From Escherichia phage humlepung: a DNA stretch of 64,000 nt. Where the stretch lies: sequence record MN850564.1; one strand, 5' to 3'. The notes beneath the pieces were generated by a model. It was given only the letters and a program-made list of their open reading frames with translations. It ran no database searches and was not told where the DNA came from. Position numbers and translations under genes: made by a program. This document shows positions 36,542 to 46,352 of the stretch, piece after piece. Position 1 is the first letter of the stretch. Each line of letters starts with the position of its first letter.

Positions 36542-38776
36542 ATGATTAAGACAATTAAAAAATCAAACGGTACAGTAGTAAGCTTTGACCCAGAAAGACT
36601 GAATAAGTGGGCATCATGGGCAGATAAACGTGGGATTATCTGGTCAGAAGTCACTATGGAAGCCATGAAACGTGTCTATGAGGGTTGCACTACAAAAGAG
36701 ATGCACCAAGCCATGATTGATGTTTGTGTTGATAAACAAACTCAAGAGTACTCAGATATGGCTGGACGACTGCTTTTGGGTATTATCTACAAAGAAGCCT
36801 TTGGAGGCTTTACTAAGGTTCCTACGCTGGTTACCTTCGTTAAAAATATGGAGAGAGCAGGACTTTGGGAGAAGATGGATTATTCACAGGAAGAGCTTGA
36901 ATACCTGCAAGGTTACATCGTACACTCAAAAGATATCTCTTACGGTTATGCAGTCTTGAAACAGTTCAGAGACAAGTATGGTATCCGTGATATTAAAACG
37001 GGAAGACTTTTTGAGTCACCACAATTTATGTTTATGGGTATGGCTATGAAAGCTTTTGAGAAGCAACCAAAGCACCGTAGACTGCAAGATGTTATCAAGC
37101 TGTACACTTATCTATCTGACCTGAAGATTAATGCTCCCACACCTTATTTAAACGGTTTAAGAGCTACTAAATCAGGTTATGCGTCATGCTGTTTGATTAA
37201 GGCGAATGATACTGCTGAATCTCTAGGTATTGCTGCAAAGGTTGCCTATGACATGACCACAAAGCAAGCTGGTATTGGGATGCTGATGGAGACTCGCACT
37301 ATTGGTGATGGCATCCGTCAAAATACTATTGAACACATGGGTAAGCTGCCTTATTATAAGCTTGTACGTTCATCTGTAGAGGCAAACAAACAGAAGAGTC
37401 GTGGTGGTTCAGCTAATAACTTCTACACTGCTCTAGACCCGCAGATTGAAGATTTACTGCGTTTGAAGCACCCTACAACGGTTCCTTCTAAACGTATTAA
37501 TGAGATGGACTACTCATTCGGCACAAACGATTATTTCTGGCAGTGTGTTCAGTATGATACAGATTGGTTGCTATTCTCTTACAAAGATGCACCAAAACTC
37601 TATGACATGTTCTACACAGCATCTGCTGATGAGTTTGCTATGGCAGTTGGTCACGCAGTACATACAGGAGTTAAGCACAGACGAGTAAAGGCTCGTGAAA
37701 TTGCTAAGCTGTTTATTCAACAGCGTTATGCTACAGGTCGTGTGTATCCATTCTTCACTAACAATGCAAACACACATACACCATTTAAAGAACCATTGAA
37801 GATGTCAAATCTTTGTATGGAAATTGTATTGCCAGTGTATGGTTTTGAGAAAGAGACAGACCTTTACAGAGACGATGCTGTGAAAGAGGATGGTGAGGTG
37901 GCTCTTTGCTTCCTAGCTAGTTTGGTTGCAGGGAGAATTTCAGAAGATGAATACGCTGACGTTGCTTATTATGCTCTTGCAATGGTTGACTCCGTTATTG
38001 ACCTTATGGATTATCCGTATCCGTCGATGCGTAACCATGTTCAGAAGCGTCGTTCTGTTGGGATTGGCCTTACAAATGTGGCTCATTACCTTGCGAAGAA
38101 CTACGTGAACTACTCTTCACGAGCAGGTAAAACGAAACTTCATGAACTTGCAGAGATGCACTCTTACTATCTGCATGAAGCCTCTCTGAGACTTGCTAAA
38201 GAGCGTGGCGTTCCAGAGTACATGAAGTTCACTAAGTATCCTGAAGGCTGGGTTCCTCCAAAGACAGCTAACAAGAAGATTGATGAAAAGCATGATGCAA
38301 AACTACGATATGATTGGGATGACTTAGCACAACGTATCAAAGAAAATGGTGGAATCCGAAACTCTGTATTAGAAGCTTACATGCCTAATGAGAGTTCTTC
38401 ACTAGCAACTAATACGACAAACGGCTTGTACCCAATTCGTGACTTTATTTTAACTAAAAAGTCTGCAACCGGTAACGTACTGTTTATTGTTCCAGATTAT
38501 GAAGAACTGAAGTATGTCTATGAAATTGCTTGGGATATTGACACCTTTGATATGATTGATTGTTATGCAATTGTTCAAAAGTTCACTGGTCAGGCTATCT
38601 CTTCAGACTTCTATGTTGACTATGCAAAGTCTAAGAAGGTATCATTGGCTCAAGCTTTGAAGTACATGATTTATGCCAACTCGGTAGGTATGAAAACCAT
38701 GTACTACCTTAACAGTCGCATTGGTGTAGGTAAATCTGCACTGCAAGATGCTTATTGCGAGGGTTGTGGTGTTTAG
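36542..38776 (+). CDS. nrdA: ribonucleotide reductase class I large subunit
   Basis: 744 aa; N-terminal ATP-cone (IKKSNGTVVSFDPERL); C-terminal CEGCG; followed by nrdB. Confidence 0.85.
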   Translation: MIKTIKKSNGTVVSFDPERLNKWASWADKRGIIWSEVTMEAMKRVYEGCTTKEMHQAMIDVCVDKQTQEYSDMAGRLLLGIIYKEAFGGFTKVPTLVTFVKNMERAGLWEKMDYSQEELEYLQGYIVHSKDISYGYAVLKQFRDKYGIRDIKTGRLFESPQFMFMGMAMKAFEKQPKHRRLQDVIKLYTYLSDLKINAPTPYLNGLRATKSGYASCCLIKANDTAESLGIAAKVAYDMTTKQAGIGMLMETRTIGDGIRQNTIEHMGKLPYYKLVRSSVEANKQKSRGGSANNFYTALDPQIEDLLRLKHPTTVPSKRINEMDYSFGTNDYFWQCVQYDTDWLLFSYKDAPKLYDMFYTASADEFAMAVGHAVHTGVKHRRVKAREIAKLFIQQRYATGRVYPFFTNNANTHTPFKEPLKMSNLCMEIVLPVYGFEKETDLYRDDAVKEDGEVALCFLASLVAGRISEDEYADVAYYALAMVDSVIDLMDYPYPSMRNHVQKRRSVGIGLTNVAHYLAKNYVNYSSRAGKTKLHELAEMHSYYLHEASLRLAKERGVPEYMKFTKYPEGWVPPKTANKKIDEKHDAKLRYDWDDLAQRIKENGGIRNSVLEAYMPNESSSLATNTTNGLYPIRDFILTKKSATGNVLFIVPDYEELKYVYEIAWDIDTFDMIDCYAIVQKFTGQAISSDFYVDYAKSKKVSLAQALKYMIYANSVGMKTMYYLNSRIGVGKSALQDAYCEGCGV

Positions 38777-38831
38777 TTTTAATAACTATGAGGGTCGTAA
38801 AAGACCCTCTAAAAATAACTTTGGAGAGACC

Positions 38832-39089
38832 ATGAAAGATTTAATAGAAAAACATGAGCGACCTATATACTTGCTCCACAAGCCTCGGAAAACGATGTAC
38901 TATGTGAGTAGCACAGACATGATGATAAAACAAAAGGATGACTCATGGGTTGCTGGTATCTCTTACATCTCTACAGCAGATGGTAAAATCTACGCAAGAC
39001 CTTATGAGATGTTCAATGAAGAAAATTGGGAAGTTTTAGACAGAAAACAAGCCTTAGAAATGATAAAGAAAGGAGAAATCACACTATGA
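38832..39089 (+). CDS. small hypothetical protein
   Basis: ATG 38832 after GGAGAG; 85 aa; stop overlaps nrdB start (ATGA). Confidence 0.4.
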   Translation: MKDLIEKHERPIYLLHKPRKTMYYVSSTDMMIKQKDDSWVAGISYISTADGKIYARPYEMFNEENWEVLDRKQALEMIKKGEITL

Positions 39090-40159
39090 TTAACCAGCAC
39101 CCAATCTTTTTAGGTGGTGAGAGAAAAACTTTTGACTCACTTAATAAGCACTACCCAAAAATCTTTGAACTTTATAAACAACAAAAAGCACAAGACTGGT
39201 CAGAAGATGAGTTCCCTTTTGAGCAATCACGTCTTGATTTTGAGAGTGTGCCAGCATCAATGTCAGGTGTAATGCTTGAGATTCTTAAGTGGCAGTGGGA
39301 AGCAGATACCCAAGTTGCTAAGAGCTTGGCATTCGCCTTTGCACCATTCATCTCTGATGATATTTATGCAACTGCAATTATGAAGCAGTCTGAGATTGAA
39401 AACCTACATGCTCTAACTTACTCGGAGATTGTAAGGCAATGTATTAAAAATCCTGAAACAATCTTAGATGAGATTAACCAGAACGTTGCTGTACAAGACC
39501 GATTAAAAACTGTGAATCGTGTTCTTGAAGAATTACTAGATGAAGGTATAAACTACCGACTGAGTTATGTCCGTGGCTCACTTCTGGACAAAGACCCTTT
39601 ACACTTCCATAAAGTGATTCTGAAAGGTCTATTTGCAGTGACTGCACTGGAAGGTATATCTTTTATGGCATCCTTTGCATGTACTTTTGCACTTGATGCT
39701 CAAGATAAATTTCAGGGTATTGCTCAAGCGGTACAGAAAATTATGCTTGACGAAATCCTTCACACTAAAATTGATATTGAAGTTTTAAAAGAAACTTTAA
39801 GAGATGATGAGTGGCAGAAAGCTTTTCAACAAATTCTTCCAGAGATTAAAGTAATCTTAGATGAAGTAGTTGAAAGTGAAGAGAAATGGTCGTATTATAT
39901 CTTCTCCGAAGGACGTGCTGTAGTTGGCTTAAATACAAAGCTTCTTCATGAGTGGGTTTACTATAATGCTGCCCCGCTGTATGACATGTTTGGCATTCAA
40001 AGAGATTTTGTAGCTCCTAAAGAACCACCTTTGAAGTACATGATTAAGAAGATGGAAATTGATAAAGAGCAGAATGCTAATCAGGAGCAACAGAACGGTG
40101 CGTACCTGTTGAATACTGTTGTAGACGATTTGAATAGTGGATTTTTAGAGGTTCCTTAA
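39086..40159 (+). CDS. nrdB: ribonucleotide reductase class I small subunit
   Basis: 357 aa from ATG 39086 (RBS AAAGGAGAAA); ferritin-like helical protein adjacent to nrdA. Confidence 0.75.
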   Translation: MINQHPIFLGGERKTFDSLNKHYPKIFELYKQQKAQDWSEDEFPFEQSRLDFESVPASMSGVMLEILKWQWEADTQVAKSLAFAFAPFISDDIYATAIMKQSEIENLHALTYSEIVRQCIKNPETILDEINQNVAVQDRLKTVNRVLEELLDEGINYRLSYVRGSLLDKDPLHFHKVILKGLFAVTALEGISFMASFACTFALDAQDKFQGIAQAVQKIMLDEILHTKIDIEVLKETLRDDEWQKAFQQILPEIKVILDEVVESEEKWSYYIFSEGRAVVGLNTKLLHEWVYYNAAPLYDMFGIQRDFVAPKEPPLKYMIKKMEIDKEQNANQEQQNGAYLLNTVVDDLNSGFLEVP

Positions 40160-40401
40160 TGACTTATGTAATTTACTCCAAAACTGGATGCCCTCAGTGT
40201 GAGACTGCAAAGAATTTTGCAAAAGCTCGTGGTATTGACCACGTTGTGAGAATGTTAGGGCAGGATTATGAGCTATCAGACCTGATGGATATTGCACAGA
40301 TGCCAGTTCGTCAGATGCCATTCATCATGAAAACTGATGGACAAAACCTAAAACCTGTTGGTACGCTACAGAATTTTATGGCAGAGGTGAATAATGCTTA
40401 A
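40159..40401 (+). CDS. nrdH: glutaredoxin-like protein
   Basis: 80 aa; CPQC redox motif at N-terminus; directly after nrdB. Confidence 0.65.
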   Translation: MTYVIYSKTGCPQCETAKNFAKARGIDHVVRMLGQDYELSDLMDIAQMPVRQMPFIMKTDGQNLKPVGTLQNFMAEVNNA

Positions 40402-40600
40402 ACGCCTTTGGGAAGGTTTGGTTGTTGATGCACCAGCTATTGTGATTGGTATGCTTATTGTTAACCTATTTACTGACTTTGAACAAGGTTCATTGTTTGG
40501 AGCCATGTTACTATGGGTTATCTTTGAAATATTAGAGATACAGTTAGGTATCACTGAAAAACTAAGAGAACTCTTTGCGAAGTTTTCTAAAAAGATTTAA
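40394..40600 (+). CDS. small membrane protein
   Basis: 68 aa; hydrophobic core; RBS GAGGTGA. Confidence 0.4.
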   Translation: MLKRLWEGLVVDAPAIVIGMLIVNLFTDFEQGSLFGAMLLWVIFEILEIQLGITEKLRELFAKFSKKI

Positions 40601-40606
40601 AATGAA

Positions 40607-40629
40607 AGGGTCTCTTCGGAGACCTTTTT
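40607..40629 (+). terminator. rho-independent terminator
   Basis: GGGTCTC-TTCG-GAGACC followed by TTTTT. Confidence 0.6.
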
Positions 40630-40648
40630 AGCATGTAAAGGGGCAATA

Positions 40649-42793
40649 ATGAACAAAGTACAGATTATTAAAAAGAATGGCTCACTCGAAGAACCTGATA
40701 TCAAAAAAGTTTTAGCAGCAGTCACAAAGTCAGCTAATAGGGTTGGGTATAAAGAACTTCCATCAGATGTTACCCAAGCTCTTGAGTCAGCATTTATGAG
40801 GATTCTGGTAAAATCTACTAAGCAGAATAATTTACTCATTTCAGTAAATGATATTCACAGTATTGTTGAAGGTGCTTTGGCAGAAGTCAATCACGAGATT
40901 TATGAGTCTTACTCAACATATAGAAATTACCGTAAAGAGGTTGCTCAAAATTGGGATGAACTCTACCAGAAGACCAAAGATACACTCTTCTTAGGTGACC
41001 GAGAAAACGCTAATTTTGACAGCAGTTTAATTTCTACAAAAGGCTCAATTATTCGTGGTTACCTGACTAAAGAAATCTTTAAACAGTACCACCTAACACC
41101 AGAGGAACTTGAAGCCATTGAAAAAGGGTTTATCTATATCCATGATTTAAGAGACCTGATTTTTGGTGGTATCAACTGTTGCTTGTTTGACATTGGTAAA
41201 GTGCTGAAAGGTGGCTTTGAAATGTCTGGCATTGAATACTGTGAACCGAAGTCTGTACTGTCAGCCTTACAGGTTATTGGTGATGTAGTTCTTTCAGCAA
41301 CTGCACAGCAATTTGGTGGCTTTACTTTAGCAGAGATTGATAAGGTACTTGTACCGTATGCTAAGAAGTCTCTACGTTACCATGCTGAAAAAGCAACAGC
41401 TTATGGTATTCCTAAAGAACATTACCACAACTATGTCATGGAGCAGCTACAGATTGAATTAACTCAAGGTTTTCAGTCTCTTGAAATGAAGCTCAATACT
41501 GTGCCTTGTAGCCGTGGTGATTTTGCATTCACAACTTTGACATTCGGGTTACTTGACTCAGATATGTCTAATGAAGATAACCGACTGCAATACATGATTG
41601 CAAGCACTCTCCTAGATGTTCGTATGAATGGACAAGGTAAGAGCAAGAAGCCTGTTGTATTCCCTAAACTGGTTTATATTTATGACCAGAAGAGACATAA
41701 TGAGAATATCTGTCAAGGCCACCTGTACAGTAAAGCTATTGAGTGTTGCTCTAAAGCTATGTATCCAGATTTCTTAAGTGTATCTGGACATGGTGCTGTA
41801 GCAGAGGCTTTTGAGCATTCTGGTAAGGTAATTTCACCGATGGGTTGCAGAGCCTTCTTATCTCCATATCTTAATGAGGAAGGAGAAGAGTTCTACGTTG
41901 GTCGTGCTAACATTGGTGCTGTATCTTTGAACTTACCAATGATTTACCAGTATTCTAAAGAGAATGGTTTAGATTTCTGGAAAGAGCTTGATAAGTACCT
42001 AGAGATGATTCGCAGCTTCCACAAGAAACGTTACGAAATGATTGCTAATATGCCAGCAAGTTCTAACCCTCTTGCATTCACACAGGGTGGTCTGTACAAA
42101 GGGAATAAGAAACCTACTGACAGGGTTGGTTGGGATATTGTGAAGTCCTTCACAGCTTCTTTTGGGGTTACTGCGCTTGATGAGCTATCTGTTCTTGCTG
42201 AAGGTAAACGACTTCATGAAGTCGGAAGCTGTAGTTTTGCATACGATGTTCTGGAATACATCAACATGAAAACTGAAGAGTTTAAAAATGAAGATGGCTT
42301 CTTATATGCAGTCTATGGCACTCCAGCAGAATCACTTTGTGGAACTCAGCTAAAACAGTTCAGAGATATGTTTGGCGTTATTAAAGGTGTCTCTGACAAG
42401 GAATACTTTACAAACAGTTTCCATATGAATGTTGCAGCAGACATCTCACCATTTGAGAAGCAGGACTTAGAAGAGCCATTCTTCCATATCTGTAGAGGTG
42501 GTAGAATCCAGTATGTAAGGGTAGCTAACCCAGAAAACTTAACAGCACTTAAAAGTTGTATTACCAGAGGGATGTTGAAGGGTTTTTATCAGGGACTTAA
42601 CTTTGACTTAGCAATCTGTGAACATTGTGGTAACAGACCAAAGGCTGATGTTGAAGAATGTGAGGTTTGCCATTCACATGATATCTCTGTGATTAACAGG
42701 GTGTGTGGGTACTTGTCATTCACAAAAATTAAAGGTCAGTCTCGAATGAATGACGCTAAGATGGCAGAAATTAAGGATAGGGTTTCTATGTAG
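40649..42793 (+). CDS. nrdD: anaerobic ribonucleotide reductase (class III)
   Basis: 714 aa; C-terminal glycyl-radical motif RVCGYL and zinc-ribbon CEHCG...CEVCHS. Confidence 0.85.
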   Translation: MNKVQIIKKNGSLEEPDIKKVLAAVTKSANRVGYKELPSDVTQALESAFMRILVKSTKQNNLLISVNDIHSIVEGALAEVNHEIYESYSTYRNYRKEVAQNWDELYQKTKDTLFLGDRENANFDSSLISTKGSIIRGYLTKEIFKQYHLTPEELEAIEKGFIYIHDLRDLIFGGINCCLFDIGKVLKGGFEMSGIEYCEPKSVLSALQVIGDVVLSATAQQFGGFTLAEIDKVLVPYAKKSLRYHAEKATAYGIPKEHYHNYVMEQLQIELTQGFQSLEMKLNTVPCSRGDFAFTTLTFGLLDSDMSNEDNRLQYMIASTLLDVRMNGQGKSKKPVVFPKLVYIYDQKRHNENICQGHLYSKAIECCSKAMYPDFLSVSGHGAVAEAFEHSGKVISPMGCRAFLSPYLNEEGEEFYVGRANIGAVSLNLPMIYQYSKENGLDFWKELDKYLEMIRSFHKKRYEMIANMPASSNPLAFTQGGLYKGNKKPTDRVGWDIVKSFTASFGVTALDELSVLAEGKRLHEVGSCSFAYDVLEYINMKTEEFKNEDGFLYAVYGTPAESLCGTQLKQFRDMFGVIKGVSDKEYFTNSFHMNVAADISPFEKQDLEEPFFHICRGGRIQYVRVANPENLTALKSCITRGMLKGFYQGLNFDLAICEHCGNRPKADVEECEVCHSHDISVINRVCGYLSFTKIKGQSRMNDAKMAEIKDRVSM

Positions 42794-42800
42794 AATACAA

Positions 42801-43358
42801 ATGAATTACGAACTAATATATAATGCAATTATTAAGAAGGCACATTCTGAAAGGGGTGTGCCTCTTACATACTACAAATGTCAAGGTAAGGGTTATGAAA
42901 GACACCATATCATACCAGTGTGTCTAGGTGGCGATAAAATTAGTGGAGATAATATTGCTCTACTTACACCTAGAGAACATTATATAGCTCATAAATTACT
43001 GGTTAAGATGTATCCAAACAACCACAAGTTATGGTTTGCATGGAACAGACTAGCTCATGATGGCCTAGATAGGAAAATATCATCCAGAGACTATGAAAAG
43101 GTAAGGGCTTTGAACTCGAAAGCTTTATCTATTGTGAATAAAGGTAGGGTTTTCACTGAAGAACATCGAAGACGATTAGGAGAATCTCAAATAGATAATA
43201 CAAAATCAAAAGGTTGTAAAAGGTCTATAGAAACAAGGAAGAGGATGTCAGAAGCCGGAAAAAAGCCAAAGAAAAAGAAAACTTGCCCTCATTGTGGTAT
43301 GACTGGTGGTGCTGGTAACATGACTCGATATCATTTTGACAATTGTAAGAAAAAATAA
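42801..43358 (+). CDS. HNH homing endonuclease
   Basis: YERHHIIPVCLGGDKISGDNIALLTPREHYIAH; start at ATG 42801; inserted between nrdD and nrdG. Confidence 0.6.
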   Translation: MNYELIYNAIIKKAHSERGVPLTYYKCQGKGYERHHIIPVCLGGDKISGDNIALLTPREHYIAHKLLVKMYPNNHKLWFAWNRLAHDGLDRKISSRDYEKVRALNSKALSIVNKGRVFTEEHRRRLGESQIDNTKSKGCKRSIETRKRMSEAGKKPKKKKTCPHCGMTGGAGNMTRYHFDNCKKK

Positions 43359-43378
43359 CCTTATGTAAAACTTGACAA

Positions 43379-43417
43379 GGTGATGTGGGTCTTGATAGGC
43401 TTACATCACCTTTTTTA
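43379..43417 (+). terminator. rho-independent terminator
   Basis: GGTGATGT...ACATCACC hairpin followed by T6. Confidence 0.55.
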
Positions 43418-43430
43418 TTGGATGTTAGAT

Positions 43431-43544
43431 ATGGCAGAAAGTATTATTGGATTGTTCATAGGTTCTGTCTTGCTAGGGTTCTTTTTAGGACTCTCTTATT
43501 GTGAATTGAGAGATAAGTTAAAATGTTTAAGATATCAAAAACGA
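43431..43544 (+). CDS. small hydrophobic peptide (37 aa, below ORF-track cutoff)
   Basis: MAESIIGLFIGSVLLGFFLGLSYCELRDKLKCLRYQKR; ATG 43431; TGATG overlap with next ORF. Confidence 0.3.
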
Positions 43545-43723
43545 TGATATACATACTCCACATTCTAATCTTCTTCTTTGGGGTTAGTGTTATGGTATGG
43601 GGTTTTTCAGACCCACAATGGAGTTTATCATATCATGGTCAGATGGATTTATGGTCATGCTTCAAACCATTTTTAGGGTTAGCTATAGCATTCAGTGCAT
43701 TACCAACTAAGGTGAAATTATGA
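43523..43723 (+). CDS. small membrane protein
   Basis: 66 aa with two hydrophobic segments; alternative start ATG 43544. Confidence 0.4.
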   Translation: MFKISKTMIYILHILIFFFGVSVMVWGFSDPQWSLSYHGQMDLWSCFKPFLGLAIAFSALPTKVKL

Positions 43724-44115
43724 TTAAGTTAAACCAAAAACAGTTAGAGTGGATTAAAGATTACGCCTCAGAGTGTGGTTCTTGCGAAAAGAATCACGTA
43801 AGATACTCAACATTCCATACGACCTTCACATTGTATATCGGCGACAATGTTCTAAGTGATTCTGTAGAAGATGGTGTAGCATTGCCTAATGAATTGCTTG
43901 ACAAATTAGCTGTAGTCACTGGAACTTGGTCTGAAGAAGACGGTCATGAATTATCTGACAATGTTGTCTTCTACAGTCTTGAAAATATTATGAATCCAGA
44001 GTACATTATGCTAATGACTTGTGCACAAGATTGTGTGCCATTACAAAACTTCATTAAAGAGCACTGTGAAGAATTTATTACTAAACAGGTTCCCTGTCAG
44101 GTAGTGTTTGGATGA
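43720..44115 (+). CDS. hypothetical Cys-rich protein
   Basis: 131 aa; RBS AAGGTGA. Confidence 0.45.
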   Translation: MIKLNQKQLEWIKDYASECGSCEKNHVRYSTFHTTFTLYIGDNVLSDSVEDGVALPNELLDKLAVVTGTWSEEDGHELSDNVVFYSLENIMNPEYIMLMTCAQDCVPLQNFIKEHCEEFITKQVPCQVVFG

Positions 44116-44174
44116 GCAAAACAATTCGAAGAAAAGGTTTACAGAACTTTTATATGTATTGGTGAGGTAACTAG

Positions 44175-44660
44175 ATGAATTACATGGAGATTAGACCATT
44201 TGACACAGCTAATGGTGAAGGGGTTCGTGTAAGCCTCTTCGTAGCTGGTTGTAAGCATCACTGTGAAGGCTGCTTTAACAGGGAGTCTTGGAAGTTTAAT
44301 GCTGGTAAGGTATTTACTTATGCAAACCTCTACGGAATCATCCAGCTAATGGGTGATAATGCTGTCAGTGGTTTGTCAATACTTGGTGGAGAACCTCTGG
44401 ATGATAGAAATATTCAAGAGGTTACAGACATATGCAAACGTGTTAAAACTGTTTACCCAGAGAAGACTATATGGCTCTGGACAGGTTTTCAGTTACACGA
44501 AAAAATTCACCTAGATGTAATGAAATATGTTGACGTGGTGATTGATGGTAAGTATGATTCATCTAAACCAACAGTTAAACCATATCGTGGTTCTGATAAC
44601 CAAAACCTCTGGAGAAAAGAGTATGGGTGGCAAGGCGATTGTCAATGGCGAGCAGAGTGA
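44175..44660 (+). CDS. nrdG: anaerobic ribonucleotide reductase activating protein (radical SAM)
   Basis: CKHHCEGCFN CxxxCxxC radical-SAM cluster motif near N-terminus; 161 aa. Confidence 0.8.
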   Translation: MNYMEIRPFDTANGEGVRVSLFVAGCKHHCEGCFNRESWKFNAGKVFTYANLYGIIQLMGDNAVSGLSILGGEPLDDRNIQEVTDICKRVKTVYPEKTIWLWTGFQLHEKIHLDVMKYVDVVIDGKYDSSKPTVKPYRGSDNQNLWRKEYGWQGDCQWRAE

Positions 44661-44898
44661 TTATTCTGGCAAGTGGACTTATGACATAAACAAGTTAGAT
44701 GCCTGGATGATTTATACGAGAGAAAAATTTGGTGCACGTTCATTATGTGCTCTTGCAACGATGGTGAAGAACGTTACCTTTGACATTCATGAATCTGATA
44801 AGTTTGGAGACTTCTACAGGATTCAAAACATCAGAGAAGGTATAACTCCAATCGGTATCACTGAAGAAGAGCTTCATAAGTTCTGTATCAAACTTTAA
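44623..44898 (+). CDS. hypothetical protein
   Basis: ATG 44623 after GGAG; overlaps nrdG 3-prime end in another frame. Confidence 0.35.
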   Translation: MGGKAIVNGEQSDYSGKWTYDINKLDAWMIYTREKFGARSLCALATMVKNVTFDIHESDKFGDFYRIQNIREGITPIGITEEELHKFCIKL

Positions 44899-44913
44899 TG
44901 AGTGAGACTAAAA

Positions 44914-45180
44914 ATGGGAATTTTAGGTAATATGAAAGCTGGCTTCTTGAAGGCACTGGCAAAAGCAGCAGCAATCATTTCTATGACTGGAAAGCAGGTT
45001 GGTGTGGATGCTTCAGCAATTGCACAGGTTCTTGCAAGCCAAATTGAACAGCAGCCTTACATCCACGTTGGACGTGGTAAAGGTGGTAAAAAACAAGCAC
45101 ATCGACCAACTGGTGCAGCAGCTATTAAACGAGCAGCTAAGAAAGCTCGTAACCGTAAACGTAACAAGAAGGCTAAATAA
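44914..45180 (+). CDS. small basic protein (Lys/Arg-rich C-terminus)
   Basis: ATG 44914 (track start 44902 is GTG); C-terminus KKARNRKRNKKAK. Confidence 0.4.
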   Translation: MGILGNMKAGFLKALAKAAAIISMTGKQVGVDASAIAQVLASQIEQQPYIHVGRGKGGKKQAHRPTGAAAIKRAAKKARNRKRNKKAK

Positions 45181-45182
45181 TC

Positions 45183-45503
45183 ATGAGCAAAGTTTATAAC
45201 ACTCGCAAATTACAGATTTTCGTACTGTGCCAGTTTATGGCTAAAGAATACAACTTCTACTATTGTGGTACAGGTTTTATTAGTGATGATGATGGCTCAT
45301 ACCTCCCATTCAAAGAAGCTGTAAAACTCTTTAATGAAGAGAAAAGCTCTAAGAAAGATATTGAAAAGGTTAAGCTAACTTACAGCAAGAAAGATAAGAA
45401 GATTATCTGCCTAGATAACTTTGTGAAAGTTACTGGAGAAGCAAAAGAGTTTATGGATGAGAGTGAGATTTCATTCACAAGCATCTTGAAAGTAGCTCAG
45501 TAA
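45183..45503 (+). CDS. hypothetical protein
   Basis: 106 aa; coupled start. Confidence 0.45.
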   Translation: MSKVYNTRKLQIFVLCQFMAKEYNFYYCGTGFISDDDGSYLPFKEAVKLFNEEKSSKKDIEKVKLTYSKKDKKIICLDNFVKVTGEAKEFMDESEISFTSILKVAQ

Positions 45504-45516
45504 ACAGATACTATAA

Positions 45517-45542
45517 GGGAACTGTAAAGGTTCCCTTTTTAT
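45517..45542 (+). terminator. rho-independent terminator
   Basis: GGGAAC-TGTAAAG-GTTCCC followed by T5. Confidence 0.55.
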
Positions 45543-45554
45543 TTTGGAGATAAT

Positions 45555-46070
45555 ATGTACCTGTCAAACCTGAAACGTTCTGCTGCAATGTCAGTGTTAA
45601 GACTCAGCTTTGAGGAACGTCAAGAGTTCATTGACTCCCACCAATATGACCCTTCAAACTCTAATCACATGATTCTCTGGAATCGTGATAGCACTCGTGA
45701 AAGAGCACTATTCCGCTACTACCCACACTACACCATAGACAACCTGTATGAATGTTTTGTTGTGAAGAACACCATTACAGTACTCAATAAACTTTGCAGA
45801 TACACAGGTAGTCAATCCTTCACATTAGGCCACCACAAACCTGTTACAAAGGGTGGTGAGCATCACTGTGCAAACTGGTTTATCCAGACTAAACTTGATA
45901 ACCAGAAGCAAGGAGATAACCTTCTAAGCACTCCTAAGATGACCTATGAAGAGCAAGAGAAATATATCAAAAATAATATGCCAGATGTGCTTGACAACAA
46001 CTATACAGATTTGGCAATATCTCTCCTGTTGAAGTTCGAGACAGTTTATAGGGCGACTTACAATGGCTAA
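45555..46070 (+). CDS. HNH endonuclease (putative homing endonuclease)
   Basis: LGHHKPVTKGGEHHCANW...N HNH-like motif; RBS GGAGA. Confidence 0.5.
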   Translation: MYLSNLKRSAAMSVLRLSFEERQEFIDSHQYDPSNSNHMILWNRDSTRERALFRYYPHYTIDNLYECFVVKNTITVLNKLCRYTGSQSFTLGHHKPVTKGGEHHCANWFIQTKLDNQKQGDNLLSTPKMTYEEQEKYIKNNMPDVLDNNYTDLAISLLLKFETVYRATYNG

Positions 46071-46341
46071 AGAAAAGTGGGAGATTTTACCACTAGTTAG
46101 TGAAGGCGGTAATGGTTGTGAAATGTACATGATACGTGGTCATGTTCCAGAACCAATTGCACTTGAGATGGTAAACAACTTTACAGATGGCTCTTACAAA
46201 GACTTAGGGGAGCCAACTATAAAGCAGCAATGGGTAAAGCCTGTACCAGACAGCACAGGTAACTGTAGTGTACTTTATCACGTTGTAGACCCTGCAAAAT
46301 GTAAATCTGCAATGGCAGTAACAAACGTAACTTTTGATTGA
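46063..46341 (+). CDS. hypothetical protein
   Basis: 92 aa; overlapping start. Confidence 0.45.
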   Translation: MAKEKWEILPLVSEGGNGCEMYMIRGHVPEPIALEMVNNFTDGSYKDLGEPTIKQQWVKPVPDSTGNCSVLYHVVDPAKCKSAMAVTNVTFD

Positions 46342-46352
46342 GAGAGAAAACT

